Counted from the first letter of the stretch, positions 48,319 through 63,400 are shown. The stretch is 64,000 bases of DNA from Octopus bimaculoides (GCF_001194135.2 NC_068981.1:71508360-71572359); one strand, 5' to 3'. Notes: a model not told the origin generated them from the sequence alone. Numbers and translations are program-made.

Positions 48319-50353
48319 AAATGGAGTGTTTGATATCTTGACTCCATTTTAAGAAGCACATACAATATCATCATCATTTTACATCCATTTTTCCTTGGAT
48401 AAGAGATACGGTTACAGTCTATGCCCACTCATGTAGCAGAAAGCATGTCAACTTTGGTGTTGCATCTGTCTTAACAATGTACACTGGGTATATTTTACCA
48501 TGTCACTAGTACTAGAGAGGTTATCTCATATAAAGAAACTAAAGGGTCCCCTTAACCTGTTTGAGTTACTGCCCTCTTCTGTAATGCAGCTTTTAGAGCC
48601 CAAGTCTTGTTCTTATGTTCTGCTTTTGGCATGGTCTCTATGCTGGATGCCTTTCATATTATCAACCACGTGCACACATACAGAAATAGAGAAAGAAAGA
48701 AAGGCTTTACAGATTTCACATCTAAATTCCACTCTTAACAAAGTATTGGACAACCCAAGTTCATAACAAAAGACATCCAAGGTGCCAAGCAGTTGTTCAA
48801 AACCATGTTAAGAAGCAAACTTCTTAATTGCACTACCACACCCATAACAATGTTTATATTAACATCTAACAAGGCAATGCCCCCCAGTATGACTACAGTC
48901 CAATGACTGAAGCAAGTAAAAGATATTTTGTCTTTTGAATTCAGCTGTTCAACTCTTGTTTCAACTTATTGATGTATGTGCCTGAGTTTACCAAATCATT
49001 TAACCAACTGTCACGTTGAAGAATTTAACTGTTATGAAGGAAGGAAAGTGTTACTAATACTTTCTGAAACCAGTATTATTCAAAGACTAGATAAAATTCA
49101 GGAATAGATCTTCAGTTAATAAATGTTGTTGACTAAATAAATTTCTTTTGGTCAATGATAATAGAGTATTGAGGAAAAGGGATTATAAACATTATCTATT
49201 ATGTTGATAAAAAGTTTCTCGATCTATATCATAAGAATGATAGATGGCCTCTCCACACACATGTACTTAATCTCTCTCTCTCTCTCTCATGCTTCTATGT
49301 ATTCTTTCTTTCTTCTGACAAACATAAACACATGTATAACCTTTCTTCCCCCCTTGGACATACATTGTAATTTCTCTCTCTCTCTCTCTCTCCTAAAAGC
49401 TATTGTTAGTAATAAGATTAAAAGGATTTGATTCAATAGATGTGTGAGAGTGTGTGTGTGTCTTGTATAATTTGAAGTCTCTGGAGTATAAATCTTCCAC
49501 CCAATTCTGTTTGATGCTAAAATTAAAAGGTAATTCGATAGTGTGATATATATACATTTCTTTTGTATTTACTTCAACTATTTTCATTGAAAATGCTTGT
49601 ATTAAACTTCTTTCAAGTTTATGAGACATTTTTTTCTTCTTCTTGAAGACATAGTTGTTATGACTGGATACCCTTCCTATTGTCAACCACTTAACATTGT
49701 GGATTAAATACATTTGTTTATGCCACCAATACGAGAAGAGCTGAACTGCCAGGACTCTAGTGTCTCCTGTTTTGTATCAGTTTTTATTCAGAGTTATTGT
49801 ACACCTTGTTGAATTGCTTTTGCTATGGCTTGTGGACTCTGTGGTGTTTTTTCTCTAATGCACATGAGGCAGAACCATTTTCACATACTGTTGGGTTTCA
49901 TCAGTGATTAACTAGTGTAAGACTGGTTGGTTTCAATACAGCTGAGAAACCATATCACTCCATGATATGGATGACCTCTTAGCTATTAAGGCTGCTATGG
50001 TAGTCTAAGGTGGTCAGATAAGAATGGTTATCACCATTATGTAGGTATGGAATGAGGTGCAAGTGTCAGTCAAAACAGCTGGTAATGAAGCAGTTTTCAA
50101 TTACATTGTAAGAGGTGGGGGTTGGTAGATTAAAGGCAGTTCTATAAATAAAGGCATAGGAATGACAGAATCTATCCAAGAATGATTAAATGAGTTTCAG
50201 TTGATATGATTAAAATCAACTACATTTTTGGTAGATGATGCACCAGCATGGTGATAGTTAAATGACATGAAATGAATTTTTTTATCTGTAGACTATTTTA
50301 ACATATTACAGTGTTCTTCTTTTTTCTTTTTTTTCTTTAAGAATTTCAATGCT

Positions 50354-50566
50354 TTAACTTCTCAGCATTTAAGTAGACCATGTCCAGCCCAAATATTCTA
50401 CCTGTTTCATGTTCAAACTGGCCTCTCACACCTACACTACTATGTCATTCTAAAAATAAACGACCGTATCATTGAAATCTCAAAGCAACAAGATAATGCA
50501 TGTTTAATTCCAAACAATATGGATAAGCATTATGTTTGAAAGTAATCTGAATGCTTAAAGAGTTAA
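50354..50566. mobile_element. TTAA-flanked MITE family A
   Basis: TTAACTTCTCAGCATTTAA...TGAATGCTTAAAGAGTTAA, in reverse orientation. Confidence 0.8.
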
Positions 50567-50728
50567 AGTTTCTAAGTTGCTACTCCTAGGAATTGTAGCA
50601 TGTCCCTATTGCAAAAGGAAACTTGTCACAAATATTTATTAAAATATTTGCAAATAATTTTTTTTATTATTTCTATTCATTTTTCATTAATCTAGAGAAA
50701 AGGGATAATGTCTATATCTGTTTTAGAA

Positions 50729-50773
<45 letters not shown>

Positions 50774-51084
50774 TTAAATGGAATTGCTGCAAGTTCGATT
50801 TAATTATTGGAAAGTTATAATTCTGATCAGTTTCGCAAGACTGCAGATGTAATGAGGGTAATAGGAAGGAAAATAATAGTAGCTTAAGCAGCAGTTTAAG
50901 AGAACATTAGAGGAAAATATTTAATATTTGATTACACTTTTTTTCTTTTTAGTTCTTTATGCCTAGTTTCTGACATTATTTTCCAGCTAAGTTTTGCAGT
51001 TTTAGAACCAATTTAAAATCATTTTCACAATATCCAGTATAACTTAATTGAACTAAACCACCCTGAAAATATAATTTATTACAT

Positions 51085-51220
51085 TGCTGGGTGGTTGGTG
51101 TTAGGAAGGGCATCCAGCTGTAAAAACCCTGCCAAAAAAGTCACAGAAGCCTGGTGCCGGCTTCTGTCAAACTGTCTCACCCATGCCAACATGGAAGGCA
51201 GACATTAAATGATGATGATG
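51085..51220 (+). mobile_element. SINE family C tail
   Basis: GGTTGGTGTTAGGAAGGGCATCCAGCTGTAAAAAC...GACATTAAATGATGATGATG. Confidence 0.8.
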
Positions 51221-51854
51221 ATTTTACTCTTCAATAATTTAGATTTTAGATTTCCCTCTAGCTTATAAACTGTTGCATGTTTTTTTTTTTTTTCATATAA
51301 ATTTTCAGCTTTTGGTAACCAATAGTATATGAACAACTGTACTCAATACTCGTTTAACTTCTATCAACCATGCTTAGCTGGTTCAATAATGGACTTGAAT
51401 TAATAAGAAGCAAAGCTGTTACATTACACTCACTGACCAGCGTTTGTACTATGATGCCCACCGAAGCCTGATGGATATGATTAGTGATGTTGCTTTTAGG
51501 TGTCATTGTTTAATCACAGTTCCTAGGAGTTTGTCTCATTGAACATTGATCATTCATTCACTTTTTTTAGCTTCTAATTCATGCTAATATATCAACTGTG
51601 CATCCTTGAAGTGACAAGTAATATATTTCATTGACTAACCACCCTTCCCTCAACAGTAAAGGAAATACAGTGTCTGCTTCAGTGGATTAGTAATGACATT
51701 TTATCTGATACAAAGAACTTAATACCTTTCATCTCAGCTTTTTTAAATGTATACTTTCTTGCCTTGCTGTACAAAACTTGACCTCTCTTTGAACAGCTTA
51801 TATATTTCAAATGCAGAAGCTTAACTGTAATTTAAACCAAGAATTATAAATTAC

Positions 51855-52055
51855 CCTTTCAACTATAGGCATAAGGCCTGAAATATTGGGGGAGGGGAAC
51901 AAGTCGATTACATAGATCCCAGTGCCCAACTGGTACTTATATTATTGACCCTGAAAGAATAGTCAACCTCAGCAGGATTGAAACTCAGAACAGAGAGACA
52001 GACAAAATGCCACTAAACATTTCATCTAGTATGCTAACAATTCTGCCAGCTTGCA
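51855..52055 (-). mobile_element. SINE family A
   Basis: CAACTATAGGCATAAGGCCTGAAA...GTCGATTAC...TGGTACTT...TTCTGCCAGCT. Confidence 0.75.
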
Positions 52056-52084
52056 AGAATTATAAATAAGAAACTTACTATTCA

Positions 52085-52290
52085 TTAACCCTTTTGTTAC
52101 CATATTTCTGTTTCAATTAATTTTGAAAATAATGAAGAATTTAGTAAAATAACTTTCTCGTTATTAAGCTGGGATCTGGAACAAATTAACATAAAATTTT
52201 AATGGAAGATTATAATTTAGACCACTTTAGAATAATAAGTTTATGTCATAGAACCTGGGGCAGTTCCAGGTGGTTTGATGTTTTGACACT
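52085..52290. mobile_element. TTAA-flanked MITE family B
   Basis: Starts TTAACCCTTTTGTTACCATATTTCTG. The right end is decayed. Confidence 0.75.
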
Positions 52291-53925
52291 GAACTGAAAA
52301 GTACATTAAAAATATTCAGCATTTCCTCAATTTTGTTGTCCTTTCTCTTGAATATTTTTTTTGTTTTGATTTCCCCATCAGATTGTTGTACTATACCCTT
52401 TGCCTATTTCAGTTCTTTCGCTGCACTTAAATGCTTCTTTCAAATATTGCACTGTAACTTAAGTCTTTCAGGGGTGAGCTAGATAGGCCAAAAAAAAAAA
52501 CTCTAAAAGGGCAAAAATTTATTCATTGACCTTACATTGACCACACATAAATTAGTCCTTTATCATTAACTAAATTAAGCATTTCTAGTTGGAAATTACA
52601 AAAAATATATATGATTTTGACTTAGTGAAGGTGGTCTAAAATTTGTACTGCCGAACAATAGGTAAATCTTTATTTGTGATAATCTTGGAAACATTGCCTC
52701 TTTTTACCAAGACAGAGAGGAACTTTGCAAATAGAACATTTCCACTCTGTTCTGATCTGTCTAGCTTTTGAACTGCACAAAGCACACCCGCTTCTAGTTC
52801 CTCTTATTGGTTGATGAGCTGACTCTCTCTTTTTATCTCCAATAACACATGAGGCTATCCTGCACGCTTACCACCAACCATTCCAACAATTATCCACTTG
52901 CTTTCTTTCCTACTACTGCCTGCAATTACTGCTTCTCCTTGCTGTTGCTGTTAATTTTCAATACTCCCAGCACTGTCCCCTGATCACTCTGTCTCTCCCA
53001 TTATACTCTTCCTTCTCTCTTCCCTCCCACCCTGATACTTCTGCTGTCACCTTCAGTCATGCCCACTTTATTAGTAATATTGAGATAACACAGTGGGGAG
53101 AGGCCCTTCTTTTTATCTTGCAGAGTACAAAGTAATCTACTAGTGGCCGTGCCATGCTAAATAGAACACACTTTGACAACATTATCTCTGCTCATTAGCC
53201 AATCTTTTTACAAAATGTACAAAGAGGCCCTTTAGTCTTGTCTTGTCAAGGACATACCCACTTCCCTTGTGTTGGTGCCATGATAAACTTTTCACCATAA
53301 CTCTCTCTTCTCTCATATCACCTTTTTGTTACCCCGACCCCCACTCTCCTCTTAAGCACTACTCTGCTCAGGGGAGAGGGTAAGTCAGATACATTGACCC
53401 CAGGGCTCAGCTATGCCAAAACAAAATGTAGCGGCCAGATATGGTCTCTTGGTCCATCTGAGATGGTAGTAGCCACACATAAGAACTGACTTTGACCATT
53501 ATAACTCGTTCTACTCATTATATCATGGAAAACAGGCAGGAAGATGATGATGATGACACTGATGCCACATAGATTCATGCTCTTTTACTTAGCAAGTAAA
53601 CATCTTTTAGTTATGTGAATGTACTTTAATCATTTTAAATTGTTCTATTATTAAGCAGATGAATATTATGCTTAATCTTATTTCTGAAAAAAATCATTAT
53701 TCCTTGTCTGAGAAATTAATACTCTGTTACATAGGTTATGTAGAGAATTGTTCAGTTGTGATAATTTAAAATGAAATGGCCTTAATATGTAGAAGTATTT
53801 AGAAATGCAGAAAACCAATTACGTTTAATATTCACTGTTCTCGGTCTTCTTTGTTTTATCAATTAGAGAAGGAAATTTTTCTCAAATTCCAAAACATAGA
53901 AGCAAAGGTTTACTGGAAATATACT

Positions 53926-54145
53926 TTAACTCTTTTGATACCAACATGCTTCAGACTGCTCCAGTCTGTAATATTAACTTCCTGTTTTAAAGTAGTCTTA
54001 ATTAAAAAGCTTCCATTAAAACTCCTTGTTTATGCTCCAAACACCAGATTAATAATGACAATGTTATTTTAATAAATTCATTATTTTCAAATTGAATGAG
54101 ACAAAAGCATTGTATTTCAACGGAAATATGGTAACAAAAGGATTA
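53926..54145. mobile_element. TTAA-flanked MITE family B
   Basis: TTAACTCTTTTGATACCAAC...AAATATGGTAACAAAAGGATTA. Confidence 0.8.
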
Positions 54146-54645
54146 TGTGGAATAAACTTAGTTAAAAGAATGAATATATTAATGTAATACATATAAAATA
54201 ATTTGTAAACTTACAGCAATATTTCCAACTATAAAACAGAGTGAAGTTATGTTTCAGCTTTGATTAACATCTCTGCATTTTCACTTTTCTCTACACATCA
54301 GTAGTTTACAATTATATAGTCATTATACATTTGTTACACAATTAGTTTTAAATTAGTTACATATTCTTTCTTTAATGTTCAATATTTCTACCATCTAATT
54401 GTGTAATTTCAGATATTCAGTTTATACTGTGGTATACTGTTACATGATTTCTTTCTAACAAACAATGGTTAATGTACTTTTAGTAATGATACAGTATATT
54501 TGCACTTAGCTATTTGACCTCAGTGGATTATTGCCACTGTCTTAATATAATGCTTTTGTTTTTATATTTTGGCTTTCTCTGTAATTTAGTAAAGCTGAGT
54601 CTGGTAACATAATCAGATATTAAATATTTATCTTTATCATCTACA

Positions 54646-54865
54646 TTAACCCTTTACCATTTTAACCAGCCATATCTAGCACAAATATTTTGTTTTATGA
54701 CCAGACAAACTGGATCTGGCCTCTCACACCTACACTACAATGTAATTCTAAGAATAAACAATCACATCATTGAAATCTTGAAGTTACAAGATAATGCATG
54801 ATTAATTCAAAATAATGTGAATGAGTAAGCATTACATTTGATAGATCTGGATGCTAAAGGGTAAA
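54646..54865. mobile_element. TTAA-flanked MITE family A
   Basis: TTAACCCTTTACCATTT...GGATGCTAAAGGGTAAA. Confidence 0.85.
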
Positions 54866-54874
54866 TATGTGTTT

Positions 54875-54908
<34 letters not shown>

Positions 54909-55309
54909 CACACACACAAAATCCAAACCTTGATGTAGATGAATGAATCTCTATTGAATTTGATAAGGATTCACCCGTTCAATCAAGTAAATTACTTGCT
55001 CATTGGATTAGCATGCAAGTGGGTAAGCATAATACCACAAACAGCTGTACCCCTAACATAATTCTCAGGCAGAATTAGCATAACACAGTATGAGTCAAAG
55101 CTGTACCTTTGAATTACAGGTACAAACCATCCAACGGGCTTCTTTACAAGTTCTTTTTATCCAATTTAACTCACAAGGTATGGGTTGACCCAAGGCTAAA
55201 GATAATTGACATTTGCCCTAGATGCTTTGGAGTGAGACTGAACTGAGGACCTTGTGTTGTGGAGAATTTTTTTTTTTTTTGTTCTTCAACATATTGCTTT
55301 ATTTATAAT

Positions 55310-56254
55310 TTAATTAGACTTGTCTCCTTCAAAGTAGTTCCTTCAATTTTTGATACACTACTCCCAACATTTTTTTTTTTTTTTTTTCCAGTTTTGAAAC
55401 ACCTTCTGAAACACATTTTCAGGGGTTGTGTGCTGTTCTCATAGCAAATATTCTTTGGTCTCTTCTGTTGTTATATATCACCGACTCACGATGGATTTCA
55501 ACTTTGGGGGGAAAAAGAAAATAGAAATCTGCAATAGTCAAATCTGGAGAAGAGGGTAACTGAGGGACTAAGGTTGCTTTGTGCTTTGCCAAAAAGTCAT
55601 GGATAAGGAGTGATATGTCAGCAGGCATATTGCCTGTCAGAAAAGACAATCACCATCACTTTCATGTCTGAGTGACTCTGACATGCATTTTTGTTGCAGC
55701 AATGGTACTCCAACTCACTGATAACTGCATTTTCTTCCAACATCATAACCATACATCTGTGTTTCAGCACTTGCTATGATACATTTCAGAAAGCACTTGA
55801 ATAATCAACAGCTCCTGACTAACTATGACTCAGATCTCTTTTTATTCACAAATTTTGTGGCAACATGATGCATCTTCAATTTCTCTTTTATAATGATGTG
55901 GTTATTTACTTTTACAGAGACTTTTGGAAACTTCACAGCCAGTCATGCTGCTGTCTAAAGCAATAACAAACCGGAAATTGTCACCTGACCATCTGAAGTT
56001 TTTAAACAAATTTCACAAACAGTCAGGTGACAGTTTTCACAGAACACACTGTTGTGATGTGATCATCATCTGTTGTCATGGAAGTTCATCCAAATTTGGT
56101 ATCCTCTTCAGTGAATGGTTTTCTCAATTTGAAACATTGCTATGACTCATGACTTTGCTCATGGTTTCAACAATCTTCTTCATAGACCTGTGAAACTTTT
56201 CCACAATCTAAAACAGTATTTAACACAAATGCATTGCTCATCCAAATCTTTCAT
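55310..56254 (-). pseudogene. Mariner transposase pseudogene
   Basis: Minus strand starts MKDLDEQCICVKYCFRLWK (mariner N-terminal helix-turn-helix region), includes LIHDFLAKHKATLVPQLPSSPDLTIADF (YSPDL motif) and ends NYFEGD. Many stops. Confidence 0.85.
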
Positions 56255-56539
56255 CGTTCAACTTAAAACAAATTGCCTTGTTCACAAAGTATACATTCAT
56301 TGTAGCACTTGCAGATCTATGACTAACTAACATGGTGTGATGTGGCTGTTATTAGAGCGAAGGTCAGAGTCACCCATGCACAGCACTGCATATATATGAG
56401 AGAGAGAGAGAGAGAGAGAAACAAGTCAAATGAAGAAGAGATAAATAACATGAAGTTAGACAAAATGTGATGAAAAAAACTTTGAAATATAAATGAAACA
56501 ATAATAAAGAATGTGCAGAATGAAATATATATATATATA

Positions 56540-56700
56540 GCCACATAAAAAGCCTCCAGTACACTCTGTAAAGTGGTTGGTGTTGGGAAGGGCATCCAGC
56601 TGTAGAAACAAACCAAAACAGACTATGGAACCTGGTGCAGCCCCTGGCCTTACCTACTCCTGTCAACCCATCCACTCCATAGAAAATGGACATTAAATGA
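56540..56700 (+). mobile_element. SINE family C
   Basis: GTAAAGTGGTTGGTGTTGGGAAGGGCATCCAGCTGTAGAAAC...GGACATTAAATGAT. Confidence 0.8.
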
Positions 56701-57149
56701 TATTTATGATATATAAAGAGAAATTAATGGAAAATTTCAGGATCTTGACCAAGATTATTCAATAGCTTATAACAAATTCAAATTAATACTTTTGCCAAAT
56801 GTTTTTTTATTGTTTATTATTGAAATAAATTTGGAAATGCAGCATGCAATCAAACGAGTTTTAAAAAATAAGTTTGTCATGAAGAATAGTGTAATGGATT
56901 CTCATATGACTTTTTTTCTATTTTCTTTTTCATTAAATACTATTGGCTATTGTCTCCTTTAAAGCAATTACAAGCCGGATTTTGTTTTCAATTAACCCAT
57001 TATGTTCTTGGCCTGCACACCTATTATATTACATAGTGTGGCTCCATGAGTCCTATTCAACCTGGAGTCACAATATCATAGCAACTTCATCAAACTTGAA
57101 ATACAAATAAAATAGTATTAAAATCCCATCTCTAAATGCAAAATATGTT

Positions 57150-57310
57150 CAAGCATGGTGGTGTAGTTAAGAAGCTCATTTTTGCAGACACATGGTTCCA
57201 GGTTGAGTCCCACTGTGCAGTACCTTGGAAAAGTGTCTTTTACAATAGCCACAGGCCAACCAATGCTTTGTGAGTGAATCTGATAAATGGAAACTGTGTG
57301 GAAGCCCATT
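57150..57310 (+). mobile_element. SINE family B, 5' half, running into (CT)n and a gap
   Basis: GCATGGTGGTGTAGTTAAGAAG...GGTTGAGTCCCACTGTGCAGTACCTTGG. Confidence 0.7.
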
Positions 57311-57352
<42 letters not shown>

Positions 57353-58899
57353 NNNNNNNNNNNNNNNNNNNNNNNATATATATATATATATATATATATA
57401 CATACATACATACGGGAGAGTATTATAGTTCTCTGGAAGCATTGTGTATTGTTTGTGAAATATAATGTGTCTCGAATGGCACAACAATGCAGACTTGACT
57501 GTAATAACTGTTATAATTTAATTATTCATAGTCTGATATAGTATTTTGGAATAAGAAAATTCCTTCTTTGGATATTGCTGGGAATTGATCGAGTCACTGC
57601 TATAATTGGTTTTCCAACAGTTACTGAAATTTTTTTTTTTTTGGAAGTGTCTCTGCAGTGGTCTCATGAAGCCCCTTCCGGAATTCTTCATGAGAAGTGC
57701 GTGAGGGCTGCCATGTCTCGAGCTCATGTGTGTTGATATAGCCACAGCACTGCTTCTCAGTTATGTATTATATGTGCAGTTTTTAAAAATTCTTTTATAA
57801 TACATGAGCATGTTACCAGAAATGAACTTACACGCATCCAGATGTAGCTAAATATTATATTGATTGCTAATTTCCACCCTGTTGTTAATTTGGGGCCCTA
57901 GTCTGTCTATATATTTATTGTTTTTCCTCTACAACCACTTGACAATTGGTGATGGCTTATGTCTCCCATGACTTTGTAGTTTGGCAAAATAGACTGATAG
58001 AATAAATACCAGGCTATAAAAAGTAAGTACTGGGGTCGATTTGTTTAAACTCCAGCTTGGCTGCAGTTCAATGACTAAAACAAAGAAAAAATAAAAAAAA
58101 TACATTTATTTATTTATAATTTATTTAAACTGAAAGTGAATCTTAAACATGCACTGACAATTTATCTACAGTTGAAAGCTCAGATCATCAATAAGTGCTT
58201 TAAATACTGATTGATAATATTTAACTAGTATGTAAACTGAGTTTTAACATTTTTAGTAGTTTTACCGGATAAAAAAGAAATCAGCCAATTTAGGTCAGTT
58301 AACTTTTTTTATATACTTTATCGATGTCCCATAAGCATGTACTGACTAATTTTGACCTGAGCTGGATGTTTTCCTTAACAGCCGAATGTAGGCATCCAGT
58401 TAGCATAAGACATAGTTTTTAAAGTAAAAGATTAGCACCAATCTGTATAGCAATTGATATAGACATATTTAAAACACTAACTTTTTATTTTCTATTTTCC
58501 TTTTATCTAAGTGAATGTATGCTGATATACTGTTGCTTTATTATTTCATTTGTATTTTAGTGACTGATCAATTATCCTGGTTTATATGAGTCATCCTTTT
58601 AAGATCTGTTTTCTTATGGCATAACTTACTGTTTCTATGATCTCACTGTCCTTCGTTTCTAAGTGGCAGAAGAATGCTAGGTTTTTTTTTTCCTCTTTTG
58701 ATATGAATGTTTACTCTGAAAGGAAAGGAATTTAAGTTCAAATGTGTCATTGTATTACATGTCCAAACAAGTAGAATTGCTTCTGTATACATCAACCTGT
58801 ACTTCTGATACCCTATTTTATTTCACTTCATTTCATTTGAGCCCAGTCTTTCTTGTAAATTAATGCTGCACATCTAACAGATTGCAACCAAATCTTCCT

Positions 58900-59850
58900 T
58901 CAATTGGCAAATATCTTCTTCATTCATTAACTTTTTTTTTTTATCTCAATACAATATCATATTTCAGATACAGACATTGCATAATCTATTTATCTTTTGC
59001 TTAGAAAATGTTAATAAAAGCAACAACTCAATGAAGTTTTTTTTGTTTTTTTTCACATTCTCTTTCAAGCCAGTCTCTGTCAACCTGTACTTTTTGTGTA
59101 TCTATTGTTTGCACTGATTGCACATCATATTCACTTATCACATAATCAACAAGCCTACTTCCTTCATACTACTGGGCTTCAGTAGGATGAAAATTAACAT
59201 GATGAGCTGGTATATAGTCTTCTCTTTTTAACAACAAAGTTCTAATTATTTATCATCACATTCAAATATAAAGGTGAACCTCCAAATTGGCTACCTGCAT
59301 GGACCTGCTTACATTTCAACCTGAAGTGTTTTGTTTCCCACCTGTTACTTCTAATTTATATTTGCCTTCTGACGTTTTAACTTCCTAATTGCTCATATCT
59401 CTAGTTGTGTTGCTTGATACCTTCTGTTTGTTATATTCAACTATTTTTCTTCTTTTGTTGAATTTTAGTAGCAAAGTAGGATTAAATGTCAGATGTGATG
59501 CCTTCTACTGACATCTGATTTGTTAGCTTTCTCTTCATGTGATTAACCTCCCCAACATCTTCCTAATTAGCTCTTTTCACTAAAACCAGCCAACTTGGTA
59601 ATTAACCTGTTTTAGTTCCTCTCCTCTATGCCTATTGCCATGTAGTTTTCAATACTGTTTGAAGATTAAATGCAAATGATTTAAAACACTCCTATAAATA
59701 CTCAAAGACTGTACAATCCCTTTCCTTTTGATATTGCTTTAATCCTTATTTACTCAGTGTATGGGTTTTAATACAGACTTATAAAATCTGAATTCCTTGA
59801 CATGAAATTCTAATTTTCCCATCTTAGTTCATCTTAGAATAGACAATGTC
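58900..59850 (-). mobile_element. Possible highly decayed RTE-like endonuclease region
   Basis: Weak minus-strand similarity (ELRW..., GIEERN) to the APE domain of RTE LINEs. Confidence 0.3.
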
Positions 59851-61499
59851 TACAGATGTACAAATTTTAATTCATTTTGAAAAGCCCAAGTTGTTTTTGA
59901 GTATTTCATACACTTTATTCTGTCACATGCTGTTAATTAAAAAAATAAATAAGTAAATAACATGAGTACTCAAATGTAGATATGTCAATGTTTTTAAAAT
60001 TTGCAGAAGTAAGTTTAATTTTGTTTCTCTGTTATGAAAGAAGCATCAGTCACGAATGTTAAGGTGTGGCTTGTTGATAATCATATGATTATTTTACAAA
60101 TTGTTATAAATAAAAAAACTGTGAACTGTTTTTTGACACTCTTAATAGTTTGTTCAACAGATAACTTTGTTTTTCTCAATGAATGATGATAAAATATTTA
60201 TTGTTTAACTTTGTCTTTTTCTATCAACTTCAAGTATTTTACATTCCTTTCTTAAATTCAAAACAAAAAAAAAGATACATTTATATTTTTACAGTTAGTT
60301 AAGGTAGTATATTGTTTACATGAGTATTGCAATAGGAGTATTCAAGATCGTCATATTGATAGTATCAACCTATTCAAATCAAATTGACCATTTAATACTT
60401 CACTTATTTTCATTTCCTTTGAGACTTCTTCAGGTATTTTGTAACCTACTCGGATTCACTTGAAATTTTAGCTTCAAACTGTAAACCTAACTTTACATTT
60501 TATGCTTTATATTCTTGATTTTTATTTCTCATTTCATTATACCTGTTTCCATAATCATACAAATTTACTCATGATGTGCCCTATTAATGTGACAGCAGTC
60601 TGTGACATTTTAAAGTTTGCAGTAACAAACAGGAAGTTTGAAATTTGCATTTCCTCAATTGCTCATTTGCAGTGAAGCTTGCTGGCACTTTGCAGTTGTA
60701 CATTAGTCATTTTGATATCTAATGATATTGAATAAAATTACTGTTACCTATTACTTTTGGTTTCAATTATGAGTTCACAGAAGCTCAAGAAAATCTTTGA
60801 AATGTTTCTCATATTTCATCATCATGGAAATATAAATAACTTTTGACTAGTTACAAATTGTTATAAACTTCTATGATTTTAATTGTATATAAACTAATTT
60901 GAGAGTATGTTCATGAAAGAAGTGTCGCATTTAAACTTAAAACACTTTTTTAATCTTTATTTCTGAAGATCGACATAGAAGGGGTGTAATTGTTCAACAT
61001 TTAATGTAAAATAATTTATCCACTCCAACTCAACCCCCATCCCCATTCCAAAAGGTAGTATGACTAATATATTTAACTAAACAGGAGAGAGAGAGTTCAA
61101 GTTGTCTTGTAGCCCTGGGTCAGGGACTATGAGATGTTGAAGTTTGTTATAGCAACAAAGAGTACTCCGTACATGTCTAGATGGTCCCTCATTTTTAACA
61201 TTTCTGTTTTAGAGGATAGATGGTTTATGTACCACCTATGATGATGCATCATGTGCTATTGTGTGTTCTTTATAGTTTATTGCTGTTTCCTGGGGAGAGA
61301 TAGTGGGCTCAAGTAAGCATAGCATAATCTTGAAGGACTTGGTGTATTATTTGTAGAAGCTTTTCTATTTCCATGGGCCAAATGTGGTACCTGTGAGTAC
61401 TCTATGTATTTATGTGAGTGCTCTATGTATTTATTTTGATTTTCGTTTCTCTGCTGTGGAGGTGTTGCATGAAACCCATAGCGTTTTAGTCTTCTGTGT

Positions 61500-63170
61500 A
61501 AGTGTGGTCTGTTTAGATTCTTCAATGTGATGGTTGGTTGCATTTGATGTTGTTTGGTGTTGCTGCTAAAGCAGGCGATATTTGATTTGGTACATGTTCT
61601 TTTGGAACTAGGAGTGTTGGGGATTGGTATAGGATTGGAGTAGTTATGCAGCTGTATCTGAAGAATAGTGGGAGGATAGGAGTGTAAGGCTGTGTATATG
61701 ATTTGAAGAGGAATAGGAAGATTATGTTGGTATAGGTTGAAAAGGATGAGAACAGGGTGAATCCTTATGGTACTCTATTTGGGATGTTACAGGTTGTGTT
61801 ATTTTTGTACATTAAGCCACGGGTTTAGTCGGAATTAGGTGTTGAGTTTGTGAGTATGGTTAGTTGAATGTAGTTGTCTGTATTTGTTGTGATTTGGATA
61901 GGGTATGGCATGTGAGTTAGAGGTACCAAAGCTGAGCCTTTCCAAAATTTTTGAATGTGTGCATTGGAAGGTGTTGGGTCTGTGTTCAGTACTTTGGTTT
62001 TGAGCAGACTTTAAAATTGAAAACTCACCAACATGGACAACATATATTCTACAAAAAGCAAATGATTTTTTTAATGGAGATATAAATATATAAACAATAC
62101 TAAGAAAATTACTCTGCAAATTCTGCAAATTTAATAGTGTTGGTACAAAAGGGTGTGGGTGCAGTGATTCCTTTTGGTTTTATTTTGTTAGATCCAAAGT
62201 CTTTGAGCGTTTTAAAATTTCTTATTGTTCTGGGATGTGTAGTAAATGAAGTGGGCAAAGTCATCTAGGTGGAAGCAGAATATTTTTTATTTCATGCTCT
62301 TGTTTTTGTGTACTTGTTTCATCACTTTTTTTTTTGTTGTTTTTTGCAAGGAGGGTTAATTTTTGAGATGTGTTTAAAGGTATTTACTAAATGTTAGAAT
62401 GAAGACATGTTGAGGTTATAATTGTGATGTGTGGTTTGGCCACTGTTTGATACTTATGCTAATTACACTATCTAGTTTTATTGTTTGTTTTGTAATGATA
62501 CAAACAAATGTTTTCCAGTTTTTCGGGGTGTTTTTAAGGGTTATTTTCTTTATTCCTTTGTTAGTTGTTTGATACAGAATTTTAGCTCTGTTGTCTGTGG
62601 TGTTTGCATATTGTGTTGAGGTTGTCCCTAATTCTAATCAGGTTGGCTATTTCTACAGTGTGGTCTGTTTTATATTCAGATATTTATCATTCATGTATTC
62701 CTTCTGAATTTTTTTTAATCTATAATATTTTGCTGAATATATGTACCACAGTGTCTATGTTGGTGAATGAGAGGTTGAATTCTGTGAACTTTCATTGTTT
62801 CCCTAGTGAAACTGGTTCTACTGGGCTATTTTGATGTTTGTAATAGAATTTTGTTCATTGATATGTGAGTATATTGAGATGATGATTGGTAAGTGGGCAG
62901 AGGGGAACTGGAGATTTTTTTTTTTTTTTTTTTTTTTTTTACTATGTGGTTTTGGTGTGGTACAGTAAATGATGTCTGGAGAGGCGTTATTGTGGTTAAT
63001 GAAGTATGTAAGCTTGTTGAAGTGGTTTAGGTTTTTAGGAAGTAAAAAGAGCTTAGTTGGGATATTGTGTTTCACCTCATGTATTATCTGAAAACCAAGA
63101 TGTGTTGTGTACATTGGAATCTCTCTCATGGTGGCATTGTAGGGTGTGAAACTTGATGAAATTGGTGAGA
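61500..63170 (-). mobile_element. Decayed non-LTR retrotransposon ORF2 (APE endonuclease plus RT), Jockey/CR1-like
   Basis: Minus strand: KLTYFINHNNASPDIIYC (APE N-terminus), STEHRPNTFQCTHSKILERL (YRPISLL..SKILERL) and NRVP*GFTLFSSFSTYT (GVPQGS..P.LFN.Y). Strong C/A strand bias. Confidence 0.6.
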
Positions 63171-63214
63171 TGTTGGTAAAAACACTAGTGTTTATTATAT
63201 TAATATAATCACTG

Positions 63215-63400
63215 AGAGTGGCGAGCTCGCAGAATCATCATCATGCTGGGCAAAATGGTTAGCAGCATTTCATCAAATTCCCCTGAAGTCAGCTATGCCT
63301 TTCCTCCTTTCAGGGTCAATAAAATAAGTACCAGTTGAGTACTGGGGTTGATGTAATCGACCAAACTCCTTCCTCAAAATTGCAGACCTTGTGCCAAAAT
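63215..63400 (+). mobile_element. SINE family A
   Basis: GAGTGGCGAGCTCGCAGAATC...AATAAGTACCAGTTGAGTACTGGGGTTGATGTAATCGAC. Confidence 0.8.
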